Shown here one piece after another: positions 36,734-45,954 of a DNA stretch of 57,648 nucleotides (positions are counted from its first letter, which is position 1; each line of letters starts with the position of its first letter). The DNA is from an uncultured Lishizhenia sp. (lineage in GTDB: Bacteria; Bacteroidota; Bacteroidia; Flavobacteriales_D; Crocinitomicaceae): the NCBI GenBank assembly GCA_964562965.1, contig CAZLVX010000001.1, forward strand, positions 1-57,648. Reading direction: 5' to 3'. A program made the position numbers and the translations under genes. The notes beneath the pieces were generated by a model. The model saw only the letters and a list, made by a program, of their open reading frames with translations, had not been told where the DNA came from and ran no database searches.

Positions 36734-37335
36734 TACTTTGTATTTAAGAATTCACATTGACAAAGATAATCCAAAGTTTCCAAATGTCTTTTTGCCTCAA
36801 AAAGTGTGGTTCCCCAAGCATAGGTCCCGTGTTTTTTAATAATAAAGCACTTGTTATTTAATTGCGATTTTCGATATGACAGTTCTTGTTTAAAATATGT
36901 CATGTCTTGGTTGTTTGAAATAACAGGAATCACCGTTTTTGTCACATGCGAAGAAACCTCGGGAAAACCTTTCTGAATTTCATATCCTTCAACGGAAAAT
37001 TCATTTTGCAATTTTATTGACACCAAAACTGGAAATGGGCCATGGCTGTGCAGAATAAACTTAGTGTCAGGAAACAGTTCGTATAGTACACAATGAATTA
37101 GTGTTTCGGCAGAGGGCTTAATATTTGAATACTCACCAATAGACTCTCCATGATCAGAAACAGTAATAAAATCCTCAACAGAAATAATTGATTTATCAAT
37201 TCCGGATTTAGTAACCCAAATCTGTCCGGTTTCATCTTTGAAAGAATAATTCGTAGAAGTAGCAGGTGACCATCCTTTCGAATTATAACTTTTTATTACT
37301 TCAACCATTTCTTGTTTAACCTGACTCAACTTCAT
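36733..37335 (-). CDS. mtnB: methylthioribulose-1-phosphate dehydratase (class II aldolase fold)
   Basis: 200 aa with ILHSHG and KHGTYAWG motifs. 1-nt overlap with mtnD. Confidence 0.8.
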   Translation of the reverse strand: MKLSQVKQEMVEVIKSYNSKGWSPATSTNYSFKDETGQIWVTKSGIDKSIISVEDFITVSDHGESIGEYSNIKPSAETLIHCVLYELFPDTKFILHSHGPFPVLVSIKLQNEFSVEGYEIQKGFPEVSSHVTKTVIPVISNNQDMTYFKQELSYRKSQLNNKCFIIKKHGTYAWGTTLFEAKRHLETLDYLCQCEFLNTK

Positions 37336-37345
37336 TTTTCAAAGA

Positions 37346-37373
37346 TAAAAAAAACGCACCTTTCAGTGCGTTT
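37346..37373 (-). terminator. intrinsic terminator after the yqeY-like gene (end of the dcw-ftsZ transcription unit)
   Basis: Minus sense reads AACGCAC-TGAAAG-GTGCGTT followed by T8. Confidence 0.75.
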
Positions 37374-37395
37374 CCGTTATGTGATTGTTGTTTGT

Positions 37396-37845
37396 TTATT
37401 TGTTTAATGCTTCTTTAACGAGTTGCGCCACAATCTTTCCATCTGCTTTACCTGCTAATCGTGGGGTTAAAATACCCATTACCTTTCCCATTTGTTGTGG
37501 ACCATCAGCACCGGACTCTTGAATTGCCTTCAAAACTTCTTGCTGAATTTCTTCATTGCTCATCATCTTTGGAAGGTATTCTTCTATCACCTTGGCTTGA
37601 AAAATTTCATCTGCAGCTAAATCCTCTCTTCCCTGTGCAACATACAAATCATAGGTTTCCATCCTTTGTTTATGCAATTTCAGGCAAATTTTTATTGCCG
37701 CTTCATCACTGACTTCACCACCAGCACCCGAGGTTGCTTCCAACAACAATTTAGATTTGATATCACGCAAAGCAGCCAGTCTTTCTTTCTCCTTCGCCAA
37801 CATTGCTTGTTTAATAGCGTCGTTAATTTTCGCTGAAAAACTCAT
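37396..37845 (-). CDS. GatB/YqeY domain-containing protein
   Basis: 149 aa with INDAIKQAMLAKEKERLAALRDIKS...; typical YqeY. Confidence 0.85.
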   Translation of the reverse strand: MSFSAKINDAIKQAMLAKEKERLAALRDIKSKLLLEATSGAGGEVSDEAAIKICLKLHKQRMETYDLYVAQGREDLAADEIFQAKVIEEYLPKMMSNEEIQQEVLKAIQESGADGPQQMGKVMGILTPRLAGKADGKIVAQLVKEALNK

Positions 37846-37846
37846 A

Positions 37847-39727
37847 TTAATCTACGTTATCGTGTAAGAAGTTATTATTTCTAAGTGAAAATTGACCTGT
37901 ACCATCATCGGCCAAACCAAATCTTGAAAAATTCTCTTCAGAACTTGGCGTAGTTGAATTTAAGGTAATATTTCTCCTCACAAATGCTGGTTCTTTTTCG
38001 AATTCATTAATACCGTCTGCTTTTTTCAATTTTGCAGTATATTCTTGAATTCGAGATACGCGCTCTTGTGTTCTTTGTTGCAATTCTTCTGCACTGATAG
38101 GACGTTTTACCTCTTCAGTAGAGACTGGAGAAACTATATCATCCTCCAACATATGTCGCACTACGTTTTGTTCTGACGCTAAAGGCACTTCTGTCGATGA
38201 TACTGTATCTTCTTTAATTTCACTTGTCATTTCCCAAGTAAAAGCTTCAGTTGTATCTTCTAACTCTGCTGTTGGCTCAATTTCCTCCTCAGAATATTCA
38301 TTATTCCAAGTTGTTTCTGGTGTTTCATTAATCAATGTTTCATTCCAAACAGGTGTTGTATCTGTTGTATCCGTATTTTCCTCAGTACTTCCGAATAAAT
38401 CATAAGAAATCTTCTCTTCTGAAGAAGATTCAACTACCGGCTGAATTGGTTCACTAAAAGAAAGAACTTCCTCGCTTACAACATCTGAAACAACAGTTTC
38501 TGAAGAGATATCATTAGCACTAGATGTTAATACCTCCTCTGTTAGATTCGTACTCGTATAGCTCGGTAAAACTTCGCTTGTTTCTGTTTTTAAAAAAGGT
38601 TCTTGCTGTAATTGTTCTGTAACGGAAAGTTCTTCTGCCACTACATCTGTCGTTTCGGTACTAGCATAAACTGGCGAATCAAGCGGTGTGGTCAACTCTT
38701 TTCTTGCTTCATCCTCTAAGGATACAACTTTACGCTCCGGTGCTTTTTCGAAACCTGTAAGAGGTTCAGAGCTGAACCCAGTTGCAATTAACGTAATACT
38801 CAAATTATCTCCTAAGGAACTGTCATAACCATGACCCCAAATTACATCTGCCGTAGCACCAGCGGCATCTTGAATGTAATCAGTGATTTCAGTTATTTCG
38901 TCCATCATTACTTCTTTGTTACCATAAGTGATATTCAATAACACGTATTTCGCACCGTAAATATCATTATCGTTTAGAAGAGGTGATACCAATGCATTTT
39001 GGACAGCATCAATTGCTCTATTTTCACCTTCACCGATGGCACTTCCCATTATAGCTCGACCGGAGTTTCTTAGTACTGTATTAACATCATTGAAATCAAC
39101 ATTTATTATTCCAGTTACTGAAATTACTTCTGCGATACCTTTTGCCGCAACTGTTAAGATATTGTCGGCGTGTCCAAATGCTTGGGACAAAGACATATCT
39201 TTTCCGAAATCACGTAACCTTTCATTATTAATTATTAATAAAGTATCAACGTTTTCTCTCATTTTATTCAATCCGTCTTCGGCTTGTTGACGACGTTTAC
39301 GACCCTCAAAATTGAAGGGAACGGTTACGATGCCAACAGTAAGAATTCCAAGATCTTTAGCCACTTGAGCTATTACAGGCGCTGCACCAGTTCCTGTTCC
39401 TCCACCCATACCGGCAGTTACAAAAACCATCTTCGTGTTACGAGAAAGTAATTCTCGAATCTCTTCAATGTTCTCCATAGCTGCATTCATACCGATTTCA
39501 GGAATCATTCCCGCACCGCGTCCTTCAGTAAGAGCAGGACCAAGTTGAATTTTGTAAGGCACAGGAGAAATATCCAATGCTTGACGATCCGTGTTACATA
39601 CAATGAAATCAACACCAACGATTCCTTGGTTAAACATGTGGTTTACGGCATTGCTTCCACCACCTCCTACACCAATTACTTTTATAATGGAGTTGTTATC
39701 TTTCGGTAAATCAAATTCTAATGACAT
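37847..39727 (-). CDS. ftsZ: cell division protein FtsZ with long acidic C-terminal linker
   Basis: Start set at [39 protein letters not shown] tubulin signature, a ~300-aa Glu/Ser/Thr-rich linker, and the conserved terminal ...NNFLHDNVD. Confidence 0.95.
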   Translation of the reverse strand: MSLEFDLPKDNNSIIKVIGVGGGGSNAVNHMFNQGIVGVDFIVCNTDRQALDISPVPYKIQLGPALTEGRGAGMIPEIGMNAAMENIEEIRELLSRNTKMVFVTAGMGGGTGTGAAPVIAQVAKDLGILTVGIVTVPFNFEGRKRRQQAEDGLNKMRENVDTLLIINNERLRDFGKDMSLSQAFGHADNILTVAAKGIAEVISVTGIINVDFNDVNTVLRNSGRAIMGSAIGEGENRAIDAVQNALVSPLLNDNDIYGAKYVLLNITYGNKEVMMDEITEITDYIQDAAGATADVIWGHGYDSSLGDNLSITLIATGFSSEPLTGFEKAPERKVVSLEDEARKELTTPLDSPVYASTETTDVVAEELSVTEQLQQEPFLKTETSEVLPSYTSTNLTEEVLTSSANDISSETVVSDVVSEEVLSFSEPIQPVVESSSEEKISYDLFGSTEENTDTTDTTPVWNETLINETPETTWNNEYSEEEIEPTAELEDTTEAFTWEMTSEIKEDTVSSTEVPLASEQNVVRHMLEDDIVSPVSTEEVKRPISAEELQQRTQERVSRIQEYTAKLKKADGINEFEKEPAFVRRNITLNSTTPSSEENFSRFGLADDGTGQFSLRNNNFLHDNVD

Positions 39728-39749
39728 AGTTTTTATTTTTGTTTCGTTA

Positions 39750-41072
39750 TTAATTATCGTTATCGTCAAAAAAGCCTTTTACTTTTGGCAATATTTTATC
39801 AAAGAAGCTGCCTCTTTTTTCTTTTTCTGAATGACCTGCCACTTCTGTTTTTACTGTTGCTTCCTGAAGTTGAGGTTCGGCTTTATATTTCTTCTCAAAT
39901 TCTTCGAATCCTTTCAATACTAGCCCTATTCCTGTAGCGTACATTGGGCTCGATAAATTTTTAATATCATTGGTATTCGCTAAATGCTCAGTAGGATATC
40001 CAATTCTGGTATCCATACCCGTCATGTATTCAAAAAGCTGAGTCAAATGTTTTAATTGCGCTCCTCCACCCGTAACTACAATTCCCCCAATTAATTTTTT
40101 ACTGTAACCGGAGTTTCTAATCTCATAGTTTACGAGTTCGATAATTTCTTCCATTCTTGCTTGAATGATGCTCGCAAGATTTTTTATGGTAATTTCTTTG
40201 GGGTCTTTGCCTCGAATGCCTGGTATACAAACCACCTCATTATCTCTACTTTCAGAGGCCAAAGCGCTTCCAAATCGAACTTTCAATGCTTCAGCATGAC
40301 GTTGCATGATCTTACAACCTTCCTTAATGTCTTGGGTAATCACGTTTCCGCCAAACGGAATAACTGCAGTATGACGAATTAGGCCATCCTGAAAAATGGC
40401 TATATCTGTAGTTCCGCCACCTATGTCAACAAGAACCACACCCGCCTCTTTTTCTTCATCACTTAGAACTGATTCTGCAGAAGCAATTGGTTCAAGAATA
40501 ATTCCTTTCGTATTTAAGCTGGACCTATCAACACATTTTTTAATATTCAAGACATTACTAACCTGTCCAGTAATAATGTGAAAATTTGCTTCTAAACGGG
40601 TCCCGGCCATCCCAATTGGATCTTTTATCTCCGGTTCATTATCTACAATGTACTCTTGCGGGATTACGTCTATAATTTCTTCACCAGGATTCATCACCAA
40701 CTGGTACATATCATCTATGAAATTATCAATATCACGTTGAGAAATTTCTCCGTCTTTGGCTCTACGGGTGTAGATTCCTCGGTGCTGCAAACTTTTTATA
40801 TGTTGACCTGCAATTCCAACGAAGACATTCTTAATCTGAAGATTGCCATCTTTGCAGTTTTGCGCTTCTTGAACAGCGGCGGTAATGGACTGTATGGTTC
40901 TTTCGATATTTGAAACAACACCGCGCATTACACCTAGGGACTCGCTTCGCCCCATCGAAATAATCTCAATCTTGTTGTGTTCGTTTTTTCTCCCTACAAA
41001 ACAAGCAATTTTCGTAGTTCCGATATCTAGACCTATTACCACAGGACTTTTTCTAGTTGGCTGGTTGCTCAT
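39750..41072 (-). CDS. ftsA: cell division protein FtsA
   Basis: Actin-like ATPase with VIGLDIGTTKIACFVG and VLVDIGGGTTDIAIF. Start uncertain: ATG at 41072 is chosen, with alternatives at 41099 and 41102. Confidence 0.9.
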   Translation of the reverse strand: MSNQPTRKSPVVIGLDIGTTKIACFVGRKNEHNKIEIISMGRSESLGVMRGVVSNIERTIQSITAAVQEAQNCKDGNLQIKNVFVGIAGQHIKSLQHRGIYTRRAKDGEISQRDIDNFIDDMYQLVMNPGEEIIDVIPQEYIVDNEPEIKDPIGMAGTRLEANFHIITGQVSNVLNIKKCVDRSSLNTKGIILEPIASAESVLSDEEKEAGVVLVDIGGGTTDIAIFQDGLIRHTAVIPFGGNVITQDIKEGCKIMQRHAEALKVRFGSALASESRDNEVVCIPGIRGKDPKEITIKNLASIIQARMEEIIELVNYEIRNSGYSKKLIGGIVVTGGGAQLKHLTQLFEYMTGMDTRIGYPTEHLANTNDIKNLSSPMYATGIGLVLKGFEEFEKKYKAEPQLQEATVKTEVAGHSEKEKRGSFFDKILPKVKGFFDDNDN

Positions 41073-41865
41073 ATCTTTTTCTGCAAACGATTTGTCCATC
41101 ATAACTTAAATTAATTTCAGCATATTTATTCCACCCCTCAAAAGGCATTCCCTGTTGATAAAAGACCTTTAACCGATCAAATTTATCAGCGACACCTGGC
41201 TCCGAATCTGCCTTTCCAAAAACAATTAATGCTTCTCCAACTATTGGAATCATAATAAAATTCCCGTTCTCATCTATGTGTACTTGAGATATCAAATGAT
41301 ACAATAGCGGATCATTGCAAACATAATTTGAAATTCGGTAGATATCGTCTAATTTTTTAATACTTTTCAAGGAGTCGTTGTTAATAATTTCATTAATATT
41401 TCCCACTTGAAATTTATCATTTATATTTCCTGTAAAAACAAGCGTTCTTGCGGTATGTAGATCCGATCTATTCATTAAAAATCCATCGGCATCAAGGTAG
41501 AAAGATTGGCCAAAAAGATTAAAAATTCGAGCAATTGGTTTTCTTAATTCTAATTCAATATTCCAAGTGCTTCCAATATCCCTAAACACATGTGCATTTT
41601 TTACTTCTGGCATATTATTAATTGCCTCTTCAATAATAGTAATGTCCAACTCGTTAACGCGCTGATCATTAAAAATTAGGTGTTTTTCTCTCAAGCGATG
41701 TAACAATTCTTTTTCAGTTAACATTGCATTTTCTCCTTCGTAGTGAATTGCAACATTGGGAGAGTCGAGGATTTTGTTTTCGTCGAATTTATTTGCTAAA
41801 TAAAAAATTACCCCAACACCGGTTAGTAGAAGAATCCAAGCAGATATTTTGAGCCACATTTTCAT
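41053..41865 (-). CDS. ftsQ: cell division protein FtsQ (POTRA-containing)
   Basis: 270 aa with a single N-terminal TM helix (ISAWILLLTGVGVIFYL). Assignment rests on position between murC and ftsA. Confidence 0.8.
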   Translation of the reverse strand: MKMWLKISAWILLLTGVGVIFYLANKFDENKILDSPNVAIHYEGENAMLTEKELLHRLREKHLIFNDQRVNELDITIIEEAINNMPEVKNAHVFRDIGSTWNIELELRKPIARIFNLFGQSFYLDADGFLMNRSDLHTARTLVFTGNINDKFQVGNINEIINNDSLKSIKKLDDIYRISNYVCNDPLLYHLISQVHIDENGNFIMIPIVGEALIVFGKADSEPGVADKFDRLKVFYQQGMPFEGWNKYAEINLSYDGQIVCRKRYEQPAN

Positions 41866-43247
41866 TCGCTTAAATTGCTTTGAAGTATTTCTTTTAACGG
41901 TTGAATAATTCTGTCAATATCTCCTGCGCCGATAGTCACGATAACCCCATTTTTTTGCTCTTTAAAATGAAGAATAACCTCAGATGGAGATTTTAACGAC
42001 TTGTTTTGTATTTTAACTTTTTGCAATAGCCAATCGCTTGTAATTCCGTGAATTGGCTCTTCTCTTGCCGGGTAAATTGGCATCAAAATCAACTCATCCA
42101 ACAGGGATAATTCTGCAGCAAAACCTTCAGCAAAATCTCGTGTTCGAGAAAATAGATGTGGCTGAAAAATTCCGATTAAAGTTTTGTTTGGATAAAGCAT
42201 TCTCAACGAAGAAACTAAACTTTTTATCTCCATTGGATGGTGTGCATAATCGTCTAGGTAAATTAATTCCTCTGTTCTGATATGGTATTCAAATCTTCTT
42301 TTCACTCCTAAAAAACTTGACAAACCTGCTCTTAATTCGGCTTCATGCATTCCTAATTCAGTTAACAAGGCAATACATGCCAAAGCGTTTTCCGCGTTAT
42401 GTAGTCCAGGAATTCCTAACTGAACATTCGGCATATTTATCTTTCTACCGCGTACATCTCCATACAAAAACCCATTTAACCATCTTAAATTATGCATAGA
42501 ATAATCAGCTGTTTCTGACATCAAAGCATAGGTGATTACCTTAGATAAACTTGGCAGATTCAATCCTTCTTTTTGTACTGAAAATCCATTCATGTCTGAC
42601 TTCATCGCATATTGCCGAAATCCTTCTAAGAATTGCTCTTTACTGCCATAAATATCCAGATGATCTGGATCAGCAGCAGTTATGATGGAACTGTGCGGAC
42701 TTAGTTGTAAAAATGATCTATCAAACTCATCTGCCTCAATTACTGTCAATTCACTTGAAGAAGAGAGCACAATGTTAGAATTAAAATTTGTCGCGATACC
42801 ACCAAGGAAAGCATTGCATTTCCAAGTGCTTTCATTCAAAATATGCGCAAGGATAGAGCTAGTGGTGGTCTTTCCGTGCGTACCGGCAACACATAATCCT
42901 TTAGAAAACCGCGTGATTAATCCCAAAACTTCTGCTCTTTTCAAAACTTGAAATCCATGTGACTGAAAGTAAATGAGTTCTTTCATGCTTTTAGGTACTG
43001 CAGGTGTAACCACTATCAAGGAATTTTCCACTTCCATAAAATCTTTTGGAATTTCTTGCACATCATCCTCATAATGTACCCAAGCACCTTCCGATCGAAG
43101 GGTTTCAGTTAACTCACTTGATGTCTTGTCGTAGCCACCAACGCTTTTCCCCAAACTCATAAAATACCGAGCTAGTGCAGACATACCAATTCCTCCTATT
43201 CCAATAAAATAGACAGAAGAAAATTTAGTTAAACTAACCCTATTCAT
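41862..43247 (-). CDS. murC: UDP-N-acetylmuramate--L-alanine ligase
   Basis: 461 aa with YFIGIGGIGMSALA and GTHGKTTTSS motifs. TGA stop overlaps the ftsQ ATG. Confidence 0.95.
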   Translation of the reverse strand: MNRVSLTKFSSVYFIGIGGIGMSALARYFMSLGKSVGGYDKTSSELTETLRSEGAWVHYEDDVQEIPKDFMEVENSLIVVTPAVPKSMKELIYFQSHGFQVLKRAEVLGLITRFSKGLCVAGTHGKTTTSSILAHILNESTWKCNAFLGGIATNFNSNIVLSSSSELTVIEADEFDRSFLQLSPHSSIITAADPDHLDIYGSKEQFLEGFRQYAMKSDMNGFSVQKEGLNLPSLSKVITYALMSETADYSMHNLRWLNGFLYGDVRGRKINMPNVQLGIPGLHNAENALACIALLTELGMHEAELRAGLSSFLGVKRRFEYHIRTEELIYLDDYAHHPMEIKSLVSSLRMLYPNKTLIGIFQPHLFSRTRDFAEGFAAELSLLDELILMPIYPAREEPIHGITSDWLLQKVKIQNKSLKSPSEVILHFKEQKNGVIVTIGAGDIDRIIQPLKEILQSNLSE

Positions 43248-44347
43248 GCTTCAATTGCTTTTTCACATTCGTCTACTATCTCTTTCGTTGCATGTGGCTT
43301 AGCCAATGAACTGCTATTTAATTCTAGTTTTGTGATTTCGGTTTGATCAGCCAATAAAGATTTAACTGTATTTATCAACTTATTATTCAATTCGTTGTCT
43401 TTGAGCATAATTGCAGCATTTTTAACTACTAAAGACATTGCATTTTTAGTTTGATGATCTTCTGCCACATTCGGAGATGGAACTAAAATAGACGCCTTAC
43501 CCAACAGGCATAATTCAGATACGGATAATGCTCCAGCTCTTGAAACAACCAAATCCGCGGAAGCATAAGCTAAATCCATACGTTGAATAAACTGATGTAA
43601 AACAATGTTTTTAGCACCACTTTTTTCGACTATTTCCGATAGGTTTTCATAATACAACTTGCCGCATTGCCAAACTACTTGAATATCATTTTCAAGAGCT
43701 TTCCAGCCTTCAATTTCATTAGAAATCGCTTGGTTAATAGATCTTGCACCGAGTGAACCTCCAATAACGAGTATAGTTTTCTTATTTGGGTCTAATTTAA
43801 AAAACTCAAATGCCTCTAATCTATTCACTTGAACAGACATTTCTTTTCGCACAGGATTACCTGTCAACACGATTTTCTCTTTTGAAAAAAATGATTCCAT
43901 TCCGTCGTAAGCTACACAAATCGTTTTTGCTTTTTTAGCTAGAAGTTTATTGGTTTTTCCTGCAAACGAATTTTGTTCTTGAATTAACGTTGGTATACCT
44001 AACAAATTTGCCATTTTCAGTGTTGGTCCACTAGCATAACCTCCCACTCCGATGACAAGCTGCGGTTTGAACGAACGAATAATTGCTCTTGCTTTTAACA
44101 AGCTTTTTGCAATTTTAAATGGTAACAGAAAATTTGAAAAAGTCAATCTTCTTTGAAGTCCCGCGATTGGTAAACCAACGATAGCATAACCTGCTTGGGG
44201 CACTTTTTCCATTTCCATTCTACCTTGTGCTCCTACAAATAGAATCTCAATTTTAGGATTTCTATTTTTTAATTCATCCGCAATAGCCACAGCTGGGAAA
44301 ATATGTCCCCCTGTTCCTCCTCCAGATATGATTACTCTTTCTATCAT
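43244..44347 (-). CDS. murG: undecaprenyldiphospho-muramoylpentapeptide beta-N-acetylglucosaminyltransferase
   Basis: 367 aa with SGGGTGGHIFPAVAIA. ATGA overlap with murC. Confidence 0.95.
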   Translation of the reverse strand: MIERVIISGGGTGGHIFPAVAIADELKNRNPKIEILFVGAQGRMEMEKVPQAGYAIVGLPIAGLQRRLTFSNFLLPFKIAKSLLKARAIIRSFKPQLVIGVGGYASGPTLKMANLLGIPTLIQEQNSFAGKTNKLLAKKAKTICVAYDGMESFFSKEKIVLTGNPVRKEMSVQVNRLEAFEFFKLDPNKKTILVIGGSLGARSINQAISNEIEGWKALENDIQVVWQCGKLYYENLSEIVEKSGAKNIVLHQFIQRMDLAYASADLVVSRAGALSVSELCLLGKASILVPSPNVAEDHQTKNAMSLVVKNAAIMLKDNELNNKLINTVKSLLADQTEITKLELNSSSLAKPHATKEIVDECEKAIEA

Positions 44348-45528
44348 GATGCGTTGGCTGCTTGAAAATTCGTTTCACTAACTTCTATCTTTCTTTTTTG
44401 CAGGTTATAAGCAAAAGATTGTACAATTCCGATAGACGCGCATGCCATAATTAATGCTGAACCTCCCATCGCTAAGAACGGCATGTTTTGTCCAGTAACG
44501 GGAAAAACACCCGTACAAACGAGCATATTTATACTGGCTTGAGTGAGCAGATGTATACCTACACCCATGCACACATAGGTTTGAAAAAGATCATCTGTTT
44601 TTAGGGCTATTCTAATAATCCGTAGTAAGAGAATCATATACATAAGGATTAAAAATATTGCTGATACTAAACCGAATTCCTCAACAAAACTTGAATAATA
44701 AAAATCGGCATAAGCCTCAGGGATGAATTCTTTTAATTTTCCATCTCCGACACCTTGTCCAAGAATAGCTCCATTATGTATGGCGAGTTTTGCATTATTC
44801 GCCTGGGCATTTTTCAGGATATCTGCTGACGATTCATCAACCTTTGAATTATAACGACTTACCCAAGTGTCGTATCGAGGTAAAATATTCAATTGAGGCG
44901 CTGCTTTGTGAAGTGATATTACTAAAACCACTAAGCCTATACCTGCCCCCATCATTGTAAACAATTTTCCATACGGCATTCGACCAATAAAAAGCATGGC
45001 AAATGACAGCATAAAAAGCATAGCTGCAGTTGAAAAATTATCTTTTAAAATCAAAAAACAAATAACAATAATTGGAAGCACAACGGGAAGAACACCTTCC
45101 TTCCAATCGTTGAACTTTTCTTTTTTCTTAACTAATAAACGAGATAAATAAACGATGAGCGCCAGTTTGGCAAAATCTGAAGACTGAAAGGTCAAACCAA
45201 TAAATGGAATTTTAATCCAACGACCGGCATCATTCACTTGCGTCCCAAAAAACATCGTAAAAAGTAAAATAAGAATGGCTACGTAGTAACTAAATTTTGC
45301 TAACTGTCCTATGTACTTCGAATCGGTTCGATGAATGAAAAACATCACAAAAAAGGCAATGACGACATAGAGTAAATGTTTGCCAAGGTACTGAATTGGT
45401 GATCCGCCTTCGATTTTGACAAGGATAGGCACAAAACTATATACAGTAACTAAAGAAAAACCCATAAGTAAGATGGTGATTATCCAAATTACAGGATCGC
45501 CTTTCAGGTATTTAAGGTATTCTCTCAT
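44344..45528 (-). CDS. ftsW: lipid II flippase / SEDS glycosyltransferase FtsW
   Basis: 394-aa multi-TM FtsW/RodA family protein (..PFLAMGGSALI..) at the expected dcw position. Confidence 0.9.
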   Translation of the reverse strand: MREYLKYLKGDPVIWIITILLMGFSLVTVYSFVPILVKIEGGSPIQYLGKHLLYVVIAFFVMFFIHRTDSKYIGQLAKFSYYVAILILLFTMFFGTQVNDAGRWIKIPFIGLTFQSSDFAKLALIVYLSRLLVKKKEKFNDWKEGVLPVVLPIIVICFLILKDNFSTAAMLFMLSFAMLFIGRMPYGKLFTMMGAGIGLVVLVISLHKAAPQLNILPRYDTWVSRYNSKVDESSADILKNAQANNAKLAIHNGAILGQGVGDGKLKEFIPEAYADFYYSSFVEEFGLVSAIFLILMYMILLLRIIRIALKTDDLFQTYVCMGVGIHLLTQASINMLVCTGVFPVTGQNMPFLAMGGSALIMACASIGIVQSFAYNLQKRKIEVSETNFQAANAS

Positions 45529-45953
45529 TTTGTTTGCACCAATTGAAGGAATTCAGCGAATTTTCTCACGTTAAACTCAGTGTTACTATTGGAACTGGTG
45601 AAGAGTAAAATTCCTGGTTTAAACTTCATTTTTACACATGATTCCAAGGCCCAATTCACATCTTTTTCTTTTTCAGGCGTGTCATAAATTAGCGTAATTA
45701 ATTTATCCTCTTGAATGTTTCCACGATCGATTAGGGCCTGAATTTCTTGTGGATTTCCTATCCAAAGTACATTAAACGGGAATGAAAGAATTGTGCGTTC
45801 CAAGACTTCAATATTCGGATATTGCCAACTAAATGCATCCATTTCTAAAACCTTTCCTCGGGCAACTAGCGTGCTGTCCCTATCTAGGAGCAGACCATTT
45901 TTTTTAGCCTCGGAAAGTTGATTTTCGATATGTTGAAGTTCTTCCTTGCTCAT
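45525..45953 (-). CDS. hypothetical 142-aa protein inserted between murD and ftsW; degenerate HAD-IIIA-like motif pattern
   Basis: ATG at 45953 lies 1 nt after the murD stop, and its TGA overlaps the ftsW ATG. Sequence: MSKEELQHIENQLSEAKKNGLLLDRDSTLV...FNVLWIGNPQ...KFKPGILLF... The longer track ORF (to 46145) overlaps murD in another frame and is rejected. Confidence 0.65.
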   Translation of the reverse strand: MSKEELQHIENQLSEAKKNGLLLDRDSTLVARGKVLEMDAFSWQYPNIEVLERTILSFPFNVLWIGNPQEIQALIDRGNIQEDKLITLIYDTPEKEKDVNWALESCVKMKFKPGILLFTSSNSNTEFNVRKFAEFLQLVQTK

Positions 45954-45954
45954 A

